The notes beneath the pieces are model-generated. The model made no database searches. It was given only the letters and a program-made list of their open reading frames with translations, and was not told the DNA's origin. The position numbers and the translations under genes were made by a program. A stretch of DNA of 59,288 bases, filler included, from Sphacelaria rigidula (Eukaryota), in NCBI GenBank assembly GCA_964200075.2. It is 9 parts of 9 records of this genome, joined end to end, with 100 filler letters (N's around TTAATTAATTAA, not from the genome) between each part and the next. Parts side by side here need not be neighbours in the genome. Positions count along the whole stretch, not along the records: positions 1 to 6,500 come from CAXNAA020019713.1; positions 6,601 to 13,099 come from CAXNAA020019714.1; 7 more parts are not named here. One strand, written 5' to 3'. Shown piece by piece: positions 1 to 10,785 of this stretch. Numbering within the stretch: position 1 is the first letter of the stretch; the number at the start of each line of letters is the position of its first letter.

Positions 1-94
1 AGGTTTCCGAGAGTGAAAGGTAGTGCTTTTGTAGCTATTATAAAAGCATCACGGCTTCGGAAAGGGGCATTCCGTAGCCGGAAAATAGAAGGCT

Positions 95-129
95 GGTCCT
101 CTAAGCACGCGGTCCTCTCACGCATTACA
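95..129. mobile_element. Terminal inverted repeat of the TGTAATGCGTGAGAGGACCGC family (single end)
   Basis: GGTCCTCTAAGCACGCGGTCCTCTCACGCATTACA is identical to the right end of the element at 34926-35154, but the sequence inside it is different. Confidence 0.7.
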
Positions 130-395
130 GGAAACTCCTTTTTTGACACACATCCCATTTTGACGCGAGACCCTCCAACTTCCTCACACTACTGACCAGA
201 ACCGTTGATGGATCTCAAGGTATTGGGGTTGATACTGAGCGGGGAGCTCTCCAGTTTACTCCCGAGTCGGTTTCTTCCAGTCGTTGAAAGCTACAGGGTT
301 GCCCTCAAGCAGGCAATCATTGGTTGTCAATCGACATTGCTGGATTGCTCACGAGCAAAATGAAACGCCCGTGGTGTCGCTGATGTCGCACTCAC

Positions 396-642
396 CTATA
401 ACCTGCTCGTCCTGCTGAAGTGCCTGAACCAGCTCTTCAGCGACCTGGCTTCCTGGCTCGTCTCCGCCGGCACCATCATCTTCAGAGATGGGCCTGACGG
501 ACCCGAACCCCGCGACAGGGGTGTCCTGGAGTAGTCTTGCGCGCGCAAGCTGGCGTGCAGAAGAGAAGTCGTCTTTGAAAGCCGCTGCCCAGGGAAGGAG
601 TGCCACCGCGACCAACAAGAAGCTCGCGCGGGTTGTCGGCAT
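396..642 (-). CDS. First coding exon of a putative secreted protein (function unknown)
   Basis: ATG at 642 gives MPTTRASFLLVAVALLPWAAA-FK (hydrophobic, signal-peptide-like), then ...RLLQ... and an acidic linker. Canonical donor G|GTGAGT at 395. Upstream CTGAT...CACAG may be a 5'UTR intron acceptor. Confidence 0.6.
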
Positions 643-940
643 ATCTGTGCGCCAGATTTTTCGGTTCGGTTGAAACGCAATCAGCAACGACGCGGGAGTA
701 TGGTCTGGTGTGCGCTGGGACAAGGATGGCATTGTGGGTTGTGAGGAGCGATTGCAGGTGAGTTGTCACATGTACATGCACGGTTGGATAAGTAGAAAAA
801 CGTTGGGCGTGTGCAGCAGCGGCGTATCAAATCTCTGAGAAGACAGCAAACATGTTTTATTTACGATAGCGTACCACAGGTGAAAATTTTGCTCTCTCCG
901 CAGGGTACATGAGGTGGTACCTTGTAGAGGGTCGTCACAG

Positions 941-1145
941 TCTAATGCGTGAGAGGACCGCGTGCTAAGAGGACCGCGTCGTAGTTCGAAACACCTCAGG
1001 ATCGTCGTTTCTTAAAACCAATCAGGCCAATCCCTGCAGGGACCACGCCCCTGACCCCAACCCTATTCGTGACCCTAACCCCAACCATAGATATGTTCAA
1101 CTTCGGATGCGGTCCTCCAAGTACGCGATCCTCGCACACATTACA
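941..1145. mobile_element. MITE with ~37-bp TIRs and decayed internal telomere-like (CCCTAA) repeats
   Basis: Ends TCTAATGCGTGAGAGGACCGCGTGC and GTACGCGATCCTCGCACACATTACA. It is a reverse-orientation homologue of 34926-35154. Confidence 0.75.
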
Positions 1146-4100
1146 GCCATCACCACTACTTTTATTATCCTTCTCTCCTCGAAACAATGCCCACTTTTCA
1201 ACTGGAGTTCCCTGGGGAGGGCAATCGGGAAATCTGCCCTCTCCACGGGAAAACTCCTGATGAACAAACGTCACGGACGGTGGCCTCATCGTGTCAAGCC
1301 CTGACTTTTGGTAAATTAGAATCCACGATTCGTGCAAATTCCGAAGAAGGGCTTGAATATTCCGTACATTTTGACTTTTCCACACATCTATACTCAGTCT
1401 TCTTACGCCAAAAATGGAAATAGAAACATATTCGGAACAGAATCCGACATCTTTTCGCCCCAATACGCACGCACACGCCACGCAACCCCAGATTCAGCGA
1501 GATGGGGTTGTTATCTGTAGTCTACACGACGTGCGGTCGAAGTTTCAGCACGTAGAAGCACTATAATTACAACGCTTGCACGGCCGCGTGTCTCCTGAAG
1601 TGAGCACCTCTACAGGCGATACCAAGATTTGTACCGCGTAGAATGACATCATCCAGAGGTGCGCAATACAAATCGATGTGTTCGTTTACCGGGGCAGGAG
1701 CCACCCAGCAGGAAGTGAGCGTATCTGCGTGTCAACATATGCATCCACTCACGTCTCACGCAGTCTGGGCCGAGGGGAATGCATTTTGAGGGCGTATCGA
1801 TGTCATTGCTCAAAATCCGTATTTTACTTCGTTTTACTAGCGCACCACGTAAAACGTGCCGCCGCTCCGGGACTATGCTGTCTGTGTTGTGATCTACCTC
1901 TGTGCCAAGTTTCAGGCTGGTTCAAACAGACACGGCGGAGAAATCCACAAGCAAAATAACCCTTGATTTGTACTGAAAATACAGCACTAAACCCTGTTGA
2001 ACCGTTGAAAGACACATGAGGTGCGTATGATTTTTGTATGTATGCGGTAATCTTGACGTCAGACTTGTGTTTTTTTTTGGCGCAAGACTGTACTGCTGAG
2101 GGTAGACGGAGTTTCGAACCATTACGATTCGGGTGTCAAGGTAATAATGCGCTCTTAACATATACTATGATGTTAGATCGCTATACCCCGACGTATATGG
2201 TGGTTGCCTTGGTGCAGCAACGCCCGCACCAAATTTCAGGACAAACGAGCGAAATACACTTTCCACGATAGCCCCCCCTCCCCAAAAAAAACAGCTCAAA
2301 AGTGTCACGAAGATAATGGCCATACAGCGCCTGATGTTTGGGTTCAGGCTGCGTGAAGCGCCTCATATGGGCGACGTTTCCGAGAACGCACCCAGCCGTG
2401 GGAATTCCCAGCTGCTCGTTGTGCTCGGCTTATTCCATTTCGATCCACGAGAAGATTTCGCCTCCCCAAACCAGGCACTTTTTCGGAGGGGCTATCATAG
2501 AAAGTGTCGAAACCTGTCATCATAATGATATTGATTATTTACATCAATCCGTCTTTTAGGTACTGCCGCCACGATCCGGTCGGGGCTACTGGATAATGTG
2601 ACACTTGGGTGACATCATATTATCATACTGAAGTGGTGAAGTCACCTCGATTTTGAGTATGATGTACATCATCCTTGTACATGGGCACGAAACGCTGGGC
2701 TTCTCACTCAAGNNNNNNNNNNAGGCAGCCGCAACTGCTGTGTGCTCAGGTCCCCCTTGGAGCAGGATGCGTTTGGTGTCCGTTTGACGAAGTTATCCTC
2801 CGACAACCGAAATCGGTAAGGGTTTTAGACTGGAAAAATGTAGCAAAAAACTATTGCAAGGATCTGATCGTAAGAACCACTGCGCAAAATAAATATCGCA
2901 AGAATCACGACGCAAAAACGGGGTCGCAAAAAATCTCTTAGTCGAATCTTTACCCGCAGCAGAAACCAACCTCACTTTGTGAAATTGGAAAAAGTTCTGC
3001 TTGTTTTTCTGAAAATTTCTGACTGGTTCTTGAAACGTTCTGATTGGTTCTGGAAATATACTCTGGATTAAACAAAACACTTTTCTGTCACAGAAATCCA
3101 AAGCCGAATCTGAAATGGCCTGAGACAACAACCAATTTGAAAATTGGAACAAAATAAGTTACGGGCAGGCCTTCATCTTAGAGCAGAAGGACCCAGCCGA
3201 GATCACCCCGGCTTCGCCGCCGAAATCCGAGACGACAACGTCACAAACACCGAAATAAATTGAAATTGGAAGCGCCCTGGACACAGGGCAATCTATAAGC
3301 AAACAATGGCACACCGCGTTTCCGATTGACGTTGACCGTCTATTGGGCCTGCAACCGTCACCTCGAACACAGCTCATGCTGCGTATTAAAAATTGGAATC
3401 AGGTGGAAACGACTGCCGCTTTTTTGCAACCGTCGCGGAACGCCACTCAACTGCAGTCACGGCCTCCGCTAACGGTATGCCACCCTTACCGTTGTGCTGT
3501 TCGGCAGGGGGCTGAGAGGAGACAAACCTACTTGCCGAGGTTTTATGCGCCTTGCTTGTATGTGCGTCAACTTCTTATGGTCACGCTCGTTTGGCTGCAA
3601 GGATCGTGGGGGAGGGGGTGGGGGAGTTCCGTAAACCTCAAACAGAAATCCAAATCACCAGCTCACTGCACCCGCATGTGCCACCTGCAGCACACATTCC
3701 CTCACCAAATTCGCCACGCCGTTCCGGTGTTTCACAACAGCTTTGTGTTGGACCATGTGCATGTAGTACTGCTGGCACAATCATGGCTACTGTACTGTCA
3801 CGGCACTGCAGGCCGCGGCTGATGCACGGATATCGCTGACGCGCGGTACATGGGTAGCAATGGCCCTCTCTGTGTAAGAATTGCTCCTTGACCAAAAACA
3901 AATATCTGCGACGCCCAGTAGAGAGAAAAAGAAAAGCAGCATACCGGGAAAAGGCTCGAGCAAGCACGGGAGTTCTGCATTATTGAAACTCTTTGTTCCC
4001 GGCTAATCTCCAGGGATCGGCGAAAATTGCCTTTTTACAACCGTCCGTGAACACTACTGCACGGCACTTTGATCAACTGTGAACCAGTTCGTTGGCATGA

Positions 4101-4265
4101 TGTTAAATACCACGGTGTCACCAGCAACCCCGTCGCCCAAAGGAACCCAAGTAGTACTCACACCTTGCGTAGGAATGGCACGCCCTAAAACAGCATGCTG
4201 TTGAACACACGTGTATACACTTCGCGCCGAAAACGGTACCCTGAAGCGGGAATAACCGGCACAAC

Positions 4266-4719
4266 TCAAGCTATAATATCCCCAGTATCTCGAGGCAACG
4301 GCGAATACTGCCCGTTCTTGCAAGCCCCAGTAAACGATACACCTCGTGCATCAAATGCAGCTTTTCGCCCGTCAAACCACATCTTCTGCAGGTCGGCACA
4401 TGCACTAACCGGATGAATACCGGCGCCTCCTCTGCACCCCCATGGCTTCGGACATTGCTGTGTGAAATGAACGCTCTTTATGGGCGATATCTCAACGACA
4501 TCACCATCAGCTATCGCATCTTCATGGCTATGGGTATCCAAAGCTCCTTGTACATCGCCCCTAATCCTGGTGTTCTCCCCCTTCCCCCCGTCGCCACTAG
4601 CGCCAACCGTATTAACGATGGTCCCGACCAGGACTTGTTGTGGCTGTTGCAGTTCTGTAATTACAGCGTACCGCGGCGCGCGGCACTCAACACTGTCGCA
4701 CATGTGGTTATAGATACAC
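4266..4719 (-). CDS. Terminal exon of a GT8/glycogenin-like glycosyltransferase
   Basis: Acceptor GAACAG|G at 4720, phase matching the previous exon. Encodes CIYNHMCD...IKSVHFTQQCPKPWGC...WFDGR...GACKNGQYSPL to a TGA stop. The HFxxxxKPW motif is typical of GT8. Confidence 0.8.
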
Positions 4720-5570
4720 CTGTTCACGGACGGATTTGCGAAAAAACGTTTTGCTTAAAACTTGATTGCGAATCATGTGGCGGAGGCGGGCGAGGGACGG
4801 TCGTGAGCGCAACTGGAGGTAAAAATCAGCGAGGCTGCGGGCCACAGAGAGTACCGCGAATGCAATGCAATCACTGTACTATATACCGCCGCGCAGTAAC
4901 TTGTCTCACCTCAAGTGCGAACTACGAGCCCTCTGTAACTTGAGGATTCACCACCACTAAGCTGCAAAAAATGATGAAATGAGAAGCAAAGGTTGTACGA
5001 TATCTTGTCCCGAACTACAGGCGGGTAACCTTCTCCTTGCCTAACAAAAAGGGGATCTCGACACAGTGCGGTGGACGCAACGCTGCGTCATCAAGTCCGA
5101 CCTCGCACAAAGGAGTAGAAGTGCATTCGCCGCGTGCGCAGGTCCCGGCATCAGCAGGGTTTAGAAGAGCTCGTCGTCACAAAAGTGTATGGATGCTATA
5201 CTAGAAATGTGATGTAGATGTTGAGACCCGGGTCTTGACTACGCTGACAGTGCCGAGTGACCACTCACGTAGGCAGCGCGTGTCATTGCTCAAGCCTTCA
5301 CCAAGTTTAGCTCGCAGATTTGAGCTCTGCCAACGCATCCTTTGTTTGCGGTACCCTGTACCTCCCCCAGCCGAGGGTATGCAATCAGAGTGGCATTAGA
5401 CCCAAGAAGGGTGAGGTTTCCCAGTTGCGCAGTGTTTCAACCGTTGGCAGTTTCGACGACCTCCTGTAAGCTTGCCTGCCACCACGTAAACATCGAAAGC
5501 CAAACTTGCATTACCGCTCTTTATCGGGCCCCGACTGTGTTCTACGCTCTGGTGCTATCCTTGCTTGTAC

Positions 5571-5701
5571 CTGTTTATTTCGAGTGCCATGCCAGGCGCG
5601 AGGATATGGTAGAAGTATGGCAAAAGCCCCTGGATTGTAGCACCACCGTAGAACCAACCGATGTTGCTGCCTTCCCATCCCGTCATCTTCCTCCAGTTGC
5701 C
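5571..5701 (-). CDS. Internal exon of the GT8-like glycosyltransferase
   Basis: Bounded by TTCAG| and AG|GTACAA. Encodes GNWRKMTGWEGSNIGWFYGGATIQGLLPYFYHILAPGMALEINR (QGLL motif). 131 nt, frame compatible with both neighbouring exons. Confidence 0.85.
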
Positions 5702-5922
5702 CTGAACCGAGAAATGGCGAGGCCACGAAAGCACGTGACGTGTGTGAGAGGAAATGCGCATGAAAGTAGGGAGCGCGCATGAGACGAGGGGAATGAAGAT
5801 AGGGAGCGTACGGAAGATGACGGAACCTAACGGACGACTTGGTGGTTAGGGGTACTGTGGGTACCAAACATACCCTTAAACGTGACCACGTACAAAACGA
5901 TCACACTCATGCATTTACACAC

Positions 5923-6062
5923 CTTTCTAACGACATCGCAGAGTCTGTCGAACACCACCATGTTTGGCTCGACGAGCAGGAACCCCCCTTGTACCGGCAT
6001 TGCCTTTTGGGTTTTGCTCGCCATTGCCGGGTCTGTCGTATACAACAGACTGGCCTCCGCCT
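5923..6062 (-). CDS. Internal exon of the GT8-like glycosyltransferase (5' exons missing)
   Basis: Bounded by CCTCAG| and AAG|GTGTGT. Encodes AEASLLYTTDPAMASKTQKAMPVQGGFLLVEPNMVVFDRLCDVVRK, where QGGFLLVEP corresponds to the GT8 NxGV(L/M)VxxP motif. Confidence 0.85.
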
Positions 6063-6500
6063 CTGAGGGGGACAACATACGATAAAAGGCAGTAAGCACG
6101 TTGGAGAGATTTCCGGGGGGGAGCGCTTCGCTAGTTTCGGACAACGACCATCGATTAACTGGGATAGGTCTGACACATCTCAGATACTCTAGTTTTGAAA
6201 AAACGCAACAACCTGGACGGGAATTCATAAAAATAACAAGAAGTGCCGGTTGGTAACGCCACCTGAAATAGAAAAAAGAAACTACGATATGGAGTGATGA
6301 AACGACTCTTGTCCATCACTTCGTCCAGTGGATGAGAGGCGAACGTTTCGGCATCCAACGGATCAGCGGAAAGCCAAGTTGACGATCGGTTCTTGGAACA
6401 AAGGAATCAAGAAAAAAGGGGGGGGGGGGGGGGGGGGAAAGAAAAAAAAAGGTAAAAGATAGGGGGAACAGAAAGAAAACAAAAAACAAAATCATTTTAA

Positions 6501-6600
6501 NNNNNNNNNNNNNNNNNNNNNNNNNNNNNNNNNNNNNNNNNNNNTTAATTAATTAANNNNNNNNNNNNNNNNNNNNNNNNNNNNNNNNNNNNNNNNNNNN
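6501..6600. other. Artificial contig linker
   Basis: N44-TTAATTAATTAA-N44 (stops in all six frames). Confidence 0.98.
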
Positions 6601-6666
6601 GGTTGGCAAAAACCGACCGAAAAACCGACCGAAAACCGAATTTTCGGTTTTCGGTTCACAACACTG
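6601..6666 (-). mobile_element. Terminus of a hAT-like non-autonomous element
   Basis: Minus strand begins CAGTGTTGTGAACCG followed by repeated AAAACCG/CGGTTTT subterminal motifs. Truncated by the contig edge. Confidence 0.45.
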
Positions 6667-6758
6667 CCTGTGTGTGACCCCGGCTGATTCACCCTCATGT
6701 ACCGAAATGTGTAGACTTGTGTCCAGAATAGATGAGATGAGATCACAACACAAACACC
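6667..6758 (+). mobile_element. 3' tail of the tRNA-derived SINE family
   Basis: CCTGTGTGTGACCCCGGCTGATTC...TGTAGACT..GTCCAGAATAGA...CACAAACAC matches 58057-58131. Confidence 0.65.
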
Positions 6759-7682
6759 AAATAAATGGTGATTAATTTTGCCACTGCTGTACCAAGACCG
6801 TAAAAACAAAACAAGAGCAGTGGACCATTATCACTGCACTGCCCGCAACGCAACCCGGTACATGAACACAACGCACTATAGACCACCCTGCCTAGAACAG
6901 AGCGTTATCCACCAAGTACATGCCGCTCGTCATAGTGTAGTGGCAATGCGTCCATGAGCCGCGGTGTCAAGAGTGATACGGGAAACACACGTCGGATCAA
7001 TACAATCACAAACTTGGTGAAAGTCAAGGCGATGCGGGCGTATCGATCAAATCCACGATGCCGAAATGTGAGGCATGTACCGGGAAGAGATGGGTGAATC
7101 CCTTGATGCTGATGACTCTCGTCCAGAGGAAGGGGAGGGGCAACATGTATGACACACACGCGCTCGCGCGCGCGGATGGACTTTTTACTTGCTATGACAG
7201 TAGGCACAGCTGAACCCTTAGTGCTACACGGGCCGTTGCCGTGCACCTGGACTTCGCACTCAAACTGAAGAAAAAAAAATGCAACCCGACTGGGTATTTG
7301 GAGACTCTGAATCCGAGATGGGAATAATGAAGAAAAAACTGGATAATGACCAGTTTGACCCTGTGGTACGTGAGGTTTCAAACTCGAGGCACTGCAGATT
7401 TTCGTAGACTCTATTTTTTATTCGTCGCACTTCGAACATCTCCCCTTCCTCGGGACGAATCCGTATCTTAAGGGATCAACCCATCTCTCCCCGGTCATGA
7501 CAAGGGAATAATACGTGCGGAGTAATTGCCGCAGAGAAGGAGATGCAGCGGAGCTATCCACGAACGTATTTTCGGCGCGCGCTTGGAATGAAACATCGTT
7601 TCTCACGCAAAATGAAACAGACGAACCCCTTTGGGGGACTAACCCCCACTGATCAGGGGTGAGGACCTGGTCTGCACGCAGG

Positions 7683-8040
7683 GTGTGTGTTTTGTTGTGT
7701 GCTGTCGTCCCATCTAATGTCTACACCTTCCGGTATATGTGGGCGCACCATCCGGGGTCACACAGGAAGAAGGCCAACACAGGAATTTCTTCTTTTTGTT
7801 TGTTTGTTTGTTCTAGTTCTCCACCTCCCTTTTGCGGTGCTTGCCTTTATTTTTTCATCGCGAGAGGGGTTCAGCAGACCCTTTCCCTCGTCGACCTTGA
7901 CGATGAACTTTGTATACCCACGACATAGTCGCTCTCCGCTGTTAGGCATCGTGTGAGAAAAATCTCAGAACGCTCCGAGATTCGAACCCAAAACCCGACC
8001 GTCCGAGGGTTTCGAGGTTACCAACTGAGCCACCAGCCAG
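7683..8040 (-). mobile_element. tRNA-derived SINE copy
   Basis: Minus strand has an A box (TGGCTCAGTTGG) and B box (GGTTCGAATC). The body GAAAGGG.CTGCTGAACCC.TCTCGCGAT and CA-rich tail are shared with 19903-20214 and 57778-58131. Confidence 0.8.
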
Positions 8041-8044
8041 GGGG

Positions 8045-8260
8045 TACTTGTGAAATGGCATTCGTTTTCAGGTGAAAATGATGCCGATTCAGATAAGACT
8101 CTGACCCCTGGTTAGTCCACTCCAGTCCGAAAAGGATTGACCAACCCTGAGACCGCGAGGGTAGTCCAGCTGCATTATGCCCCTTCTTTTCAAGTGAAAA
8201 TGATGCCGATTCCTCAGATGTCCTGCTCTCGCCGTCTAAAAGGGTCAACACATTCGACCC
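8045..8260. mobile_element. Decayed piggyBac-like MITE cluster
   Basis: AACCCTGAGACCGCGAG...CTCGCCGTCTAAAAGGG ends and repeated GAAAATGATGCCGATTC motif, shared with 9515-9740 and 41515-41812. Confidence 0.55.
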
Positions 8261-9514
8261 CAACCAACCCTACCGTAGTCAGCTGATCAACAGCGATGGC
8301 TTGATAAACATGTGTTTATAGCCAGGAGCAGTGCAACTCGCAGCTTCATGTATCCCATTTTTGCATGCGCCCCTGGCGTTGCTACGCCCTCTTCGAGAAA
8401 AAAAATCTGGTTGCGAAAAACGATTCCAAAGAAGTGATTTTGCACTTCTCGAGACTAGTTTGCGCGGAAAGACTCTCTCACACGTCCGACGAATCATGAC
8501 TCATGGACTGCTTCTACGCATATCCGAAGACTCGAGCCATACTCATTCTGATCTTCCGATTCGAGTCATTTGACTTGAGTCATACTTGTCCTCATTTTCC
8601 AAAATGACAACATGACTCGAGTCACACTCCCTTCCGCTTTCCCGTGCGACTCGTTGTTCTTCAGCCATAGAAGGTCGCGGGAAATGCGGATGATGTAAAC
8701 CCGTCAGAGCCCGGGGCTCACGAACGAACGATCTGAAGGTTTTCGGCTTGCATTCATTGGATAATGCCTTCTAAAACCCGGTTCACACTTGTCCTAATTT
8801 CATACTCTCTCTGTCCGGGAACATGAGCAGGGTTGGGATGTCCAGGAATATAAGCGAGGTTTCCACCACATGTTCCGACGTAGGTGATTCAGTCCGTGTT
8901 TGATGTCCGACGGGTATGAAATGCGATCGGATGTAACATGGATGGACGAGCAAAAAAAACTCTAGAAGGGAGGGGATGGGTGTTTCGCGCCCCCTGGTTG
9001 GAATATCTGGGAATATAACCAGCGAAGAGGTCCCGAATCACCGCACACCCCTTGCCAAATCGTTGAAATTATTGCGCTTTGGCCCTTGGGAAGCACTCCC
9101 AACAACGGACATGCTTCAACGGAAGATTGGAAGACTGATGACCGGAGGTTCCAAGTGAGGGTGGTGATTTTAAGCTACTTCTGCTGGGATAGGAAAACCA
9201 TTTTTGGTGGGAAATTTGGAAAACACCGGTTTGTCTCCCAATCTCGCTTATTTTTCCGGACAGGGGAAGTATTACTCGTAGGACTCGAGTCAAGAGGTTG
9301 GGACGGGGGGTTGTAATGTCTGTCAGCATCACATGGACGAAGTACAGTTTTAATTTTGATAAAAAAACAGCTTTTCTGCTCGGATCGAGAAACCGACCCA
9401 CGTAGAAATCGTACCGCTAGCGTTTCTTCTGTATAGTACTACGCACTCCAGAGCACAGGAATACTACAGGGACAACTGCAGAAATACCTCTAGGGTCGTC
9501 ACGGTCGAGCTTTG

Positions 9515-9740
9515 CTCTTTGACCGCGAGGGCAGGTAACCTACTGAGAAGGCATCAAGTTCACTCGAAAAAAAGTGAATGTGATCCGCATCGCGCGCGGT
9601 CCAAGGGTTAACCCCTCGACCGCGATGTGGGTGGTCCATCTGAATAACTATAAATTTTTCAAGTGAATTCAATGCCGATTCAGAGGGTGACCTACCGTCG
9701 CGAGTCAAGGGTAAACCCCTAGACAGCGAGGGTAGTCCAT
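9515..9740. mobile_element. Tandem chain of ~100-bp piggyBac-like MITEs joined at TTAA
   Basis: Junctions CGGTCCAAGGG-TTAA-CCCCTCGACCGCG (9608-9611) and GAGTCAAGGG-TAAA-CCCCTAGACAGCG (9712-9715). Confidence 0.65.
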
Positions 9741-10785
9741 CGGGATCATGCATACTTTGTACAAGCACAATTGATACCGATTCAACAGATGACCCATCTC
9801 GCTGTCCAAGAGTACAGTGCGGTAGTTGTTAGGCTGCTGCAATCTACTACTGAGTATTTTCCTGTGTACTGGGTTGAGTACACACGACGCTATCGGTAAT
9901 GCGGTGGGCACATGAGCACAGCTGACCATTTGCAACACGGCGAGATTGTAGTCAACTACCTTCAGCACTTTGCAACGATCGTGGGAAGAACTCACCCGAG
10001 AGCGTCATCGACAGTCCCTCTTGTCCGACGCTTCCAGTCGCGGCCTTTGCAGGAGAGAGGCATCAGCTCGTCCGCTGGGTCTGTTTTCACCGGACAGATT
10101 GATGACACGCAGTACTTTATTAGTAAGGTCATGGTTCACCGGATTCAAACCCCAGCTGGACACCAATTACAGGCGCTCACGGATAGACAGCCGCAGCACT
10201 TGCCACCAGCGATGAGCAGTGGAGTCAAGTCCAACAAAAAACTTCGGTACCGTGGATAGGCTAATGTATACTGTAGTCAAGCTTAAAATACGGTATTCAT
10301 TCAATCGGGATTTCGTCGCAGACGATTGGTCACCTTCACTTGAGGGTTTGACCGCCGTAAAGTGTTGGAAAAAGAAGTCGCTCGTGCTCACGGCACACAT
10401 CCCCGATTCATGTTATCGAGACGATATAGAGTAAAACGCCGCTTATCGAGGGGGTATTCTTAACCGCACATTGCTCAAACACACGGTTTTTCAGCTGTGA
10501 GTTGGCTGTCGTGCACTGAATATCGAGAAAATAGAAAAACTGAAGCAATATAATTGCTCATTATAACGATCCGAATCGGTTCGGTCGAGCGAAAATATCA
10601 GAGAGCGAGAATAGGGGACTCTACACTACGACCTCAAAGACCATCTTGTATGGCGACCAGTCCGTATTTGTACAAGAATGAGGATTCAAGCCCGTGTACA
10701 GGCGATTTTCTCCCGTGGATTAGTTTTTCGGACCCCAGTCCGTTGGGCAATGTTTTTCGCCTGTTATAGGTCTGAGGAAACCAGA

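Noticed and set aside
6300..6375. Minus-strand LDAETFASHPLDEVMDK as the GT8 DxD exon, or CTGAT...GAAAC as a hammerhead ribozyme
   Set aside because: There is no true DxD or hydrophobic strand before it and the donor is weak. The hammerhead core needs CUGANGA, but this reads CTGATCC.
6545..6556. TTAATTAATTAA recurring every ~6.6 kb as a possible biological periodic motif
   Set aside because: It is always centred in N runs, so it is an assembly linker.
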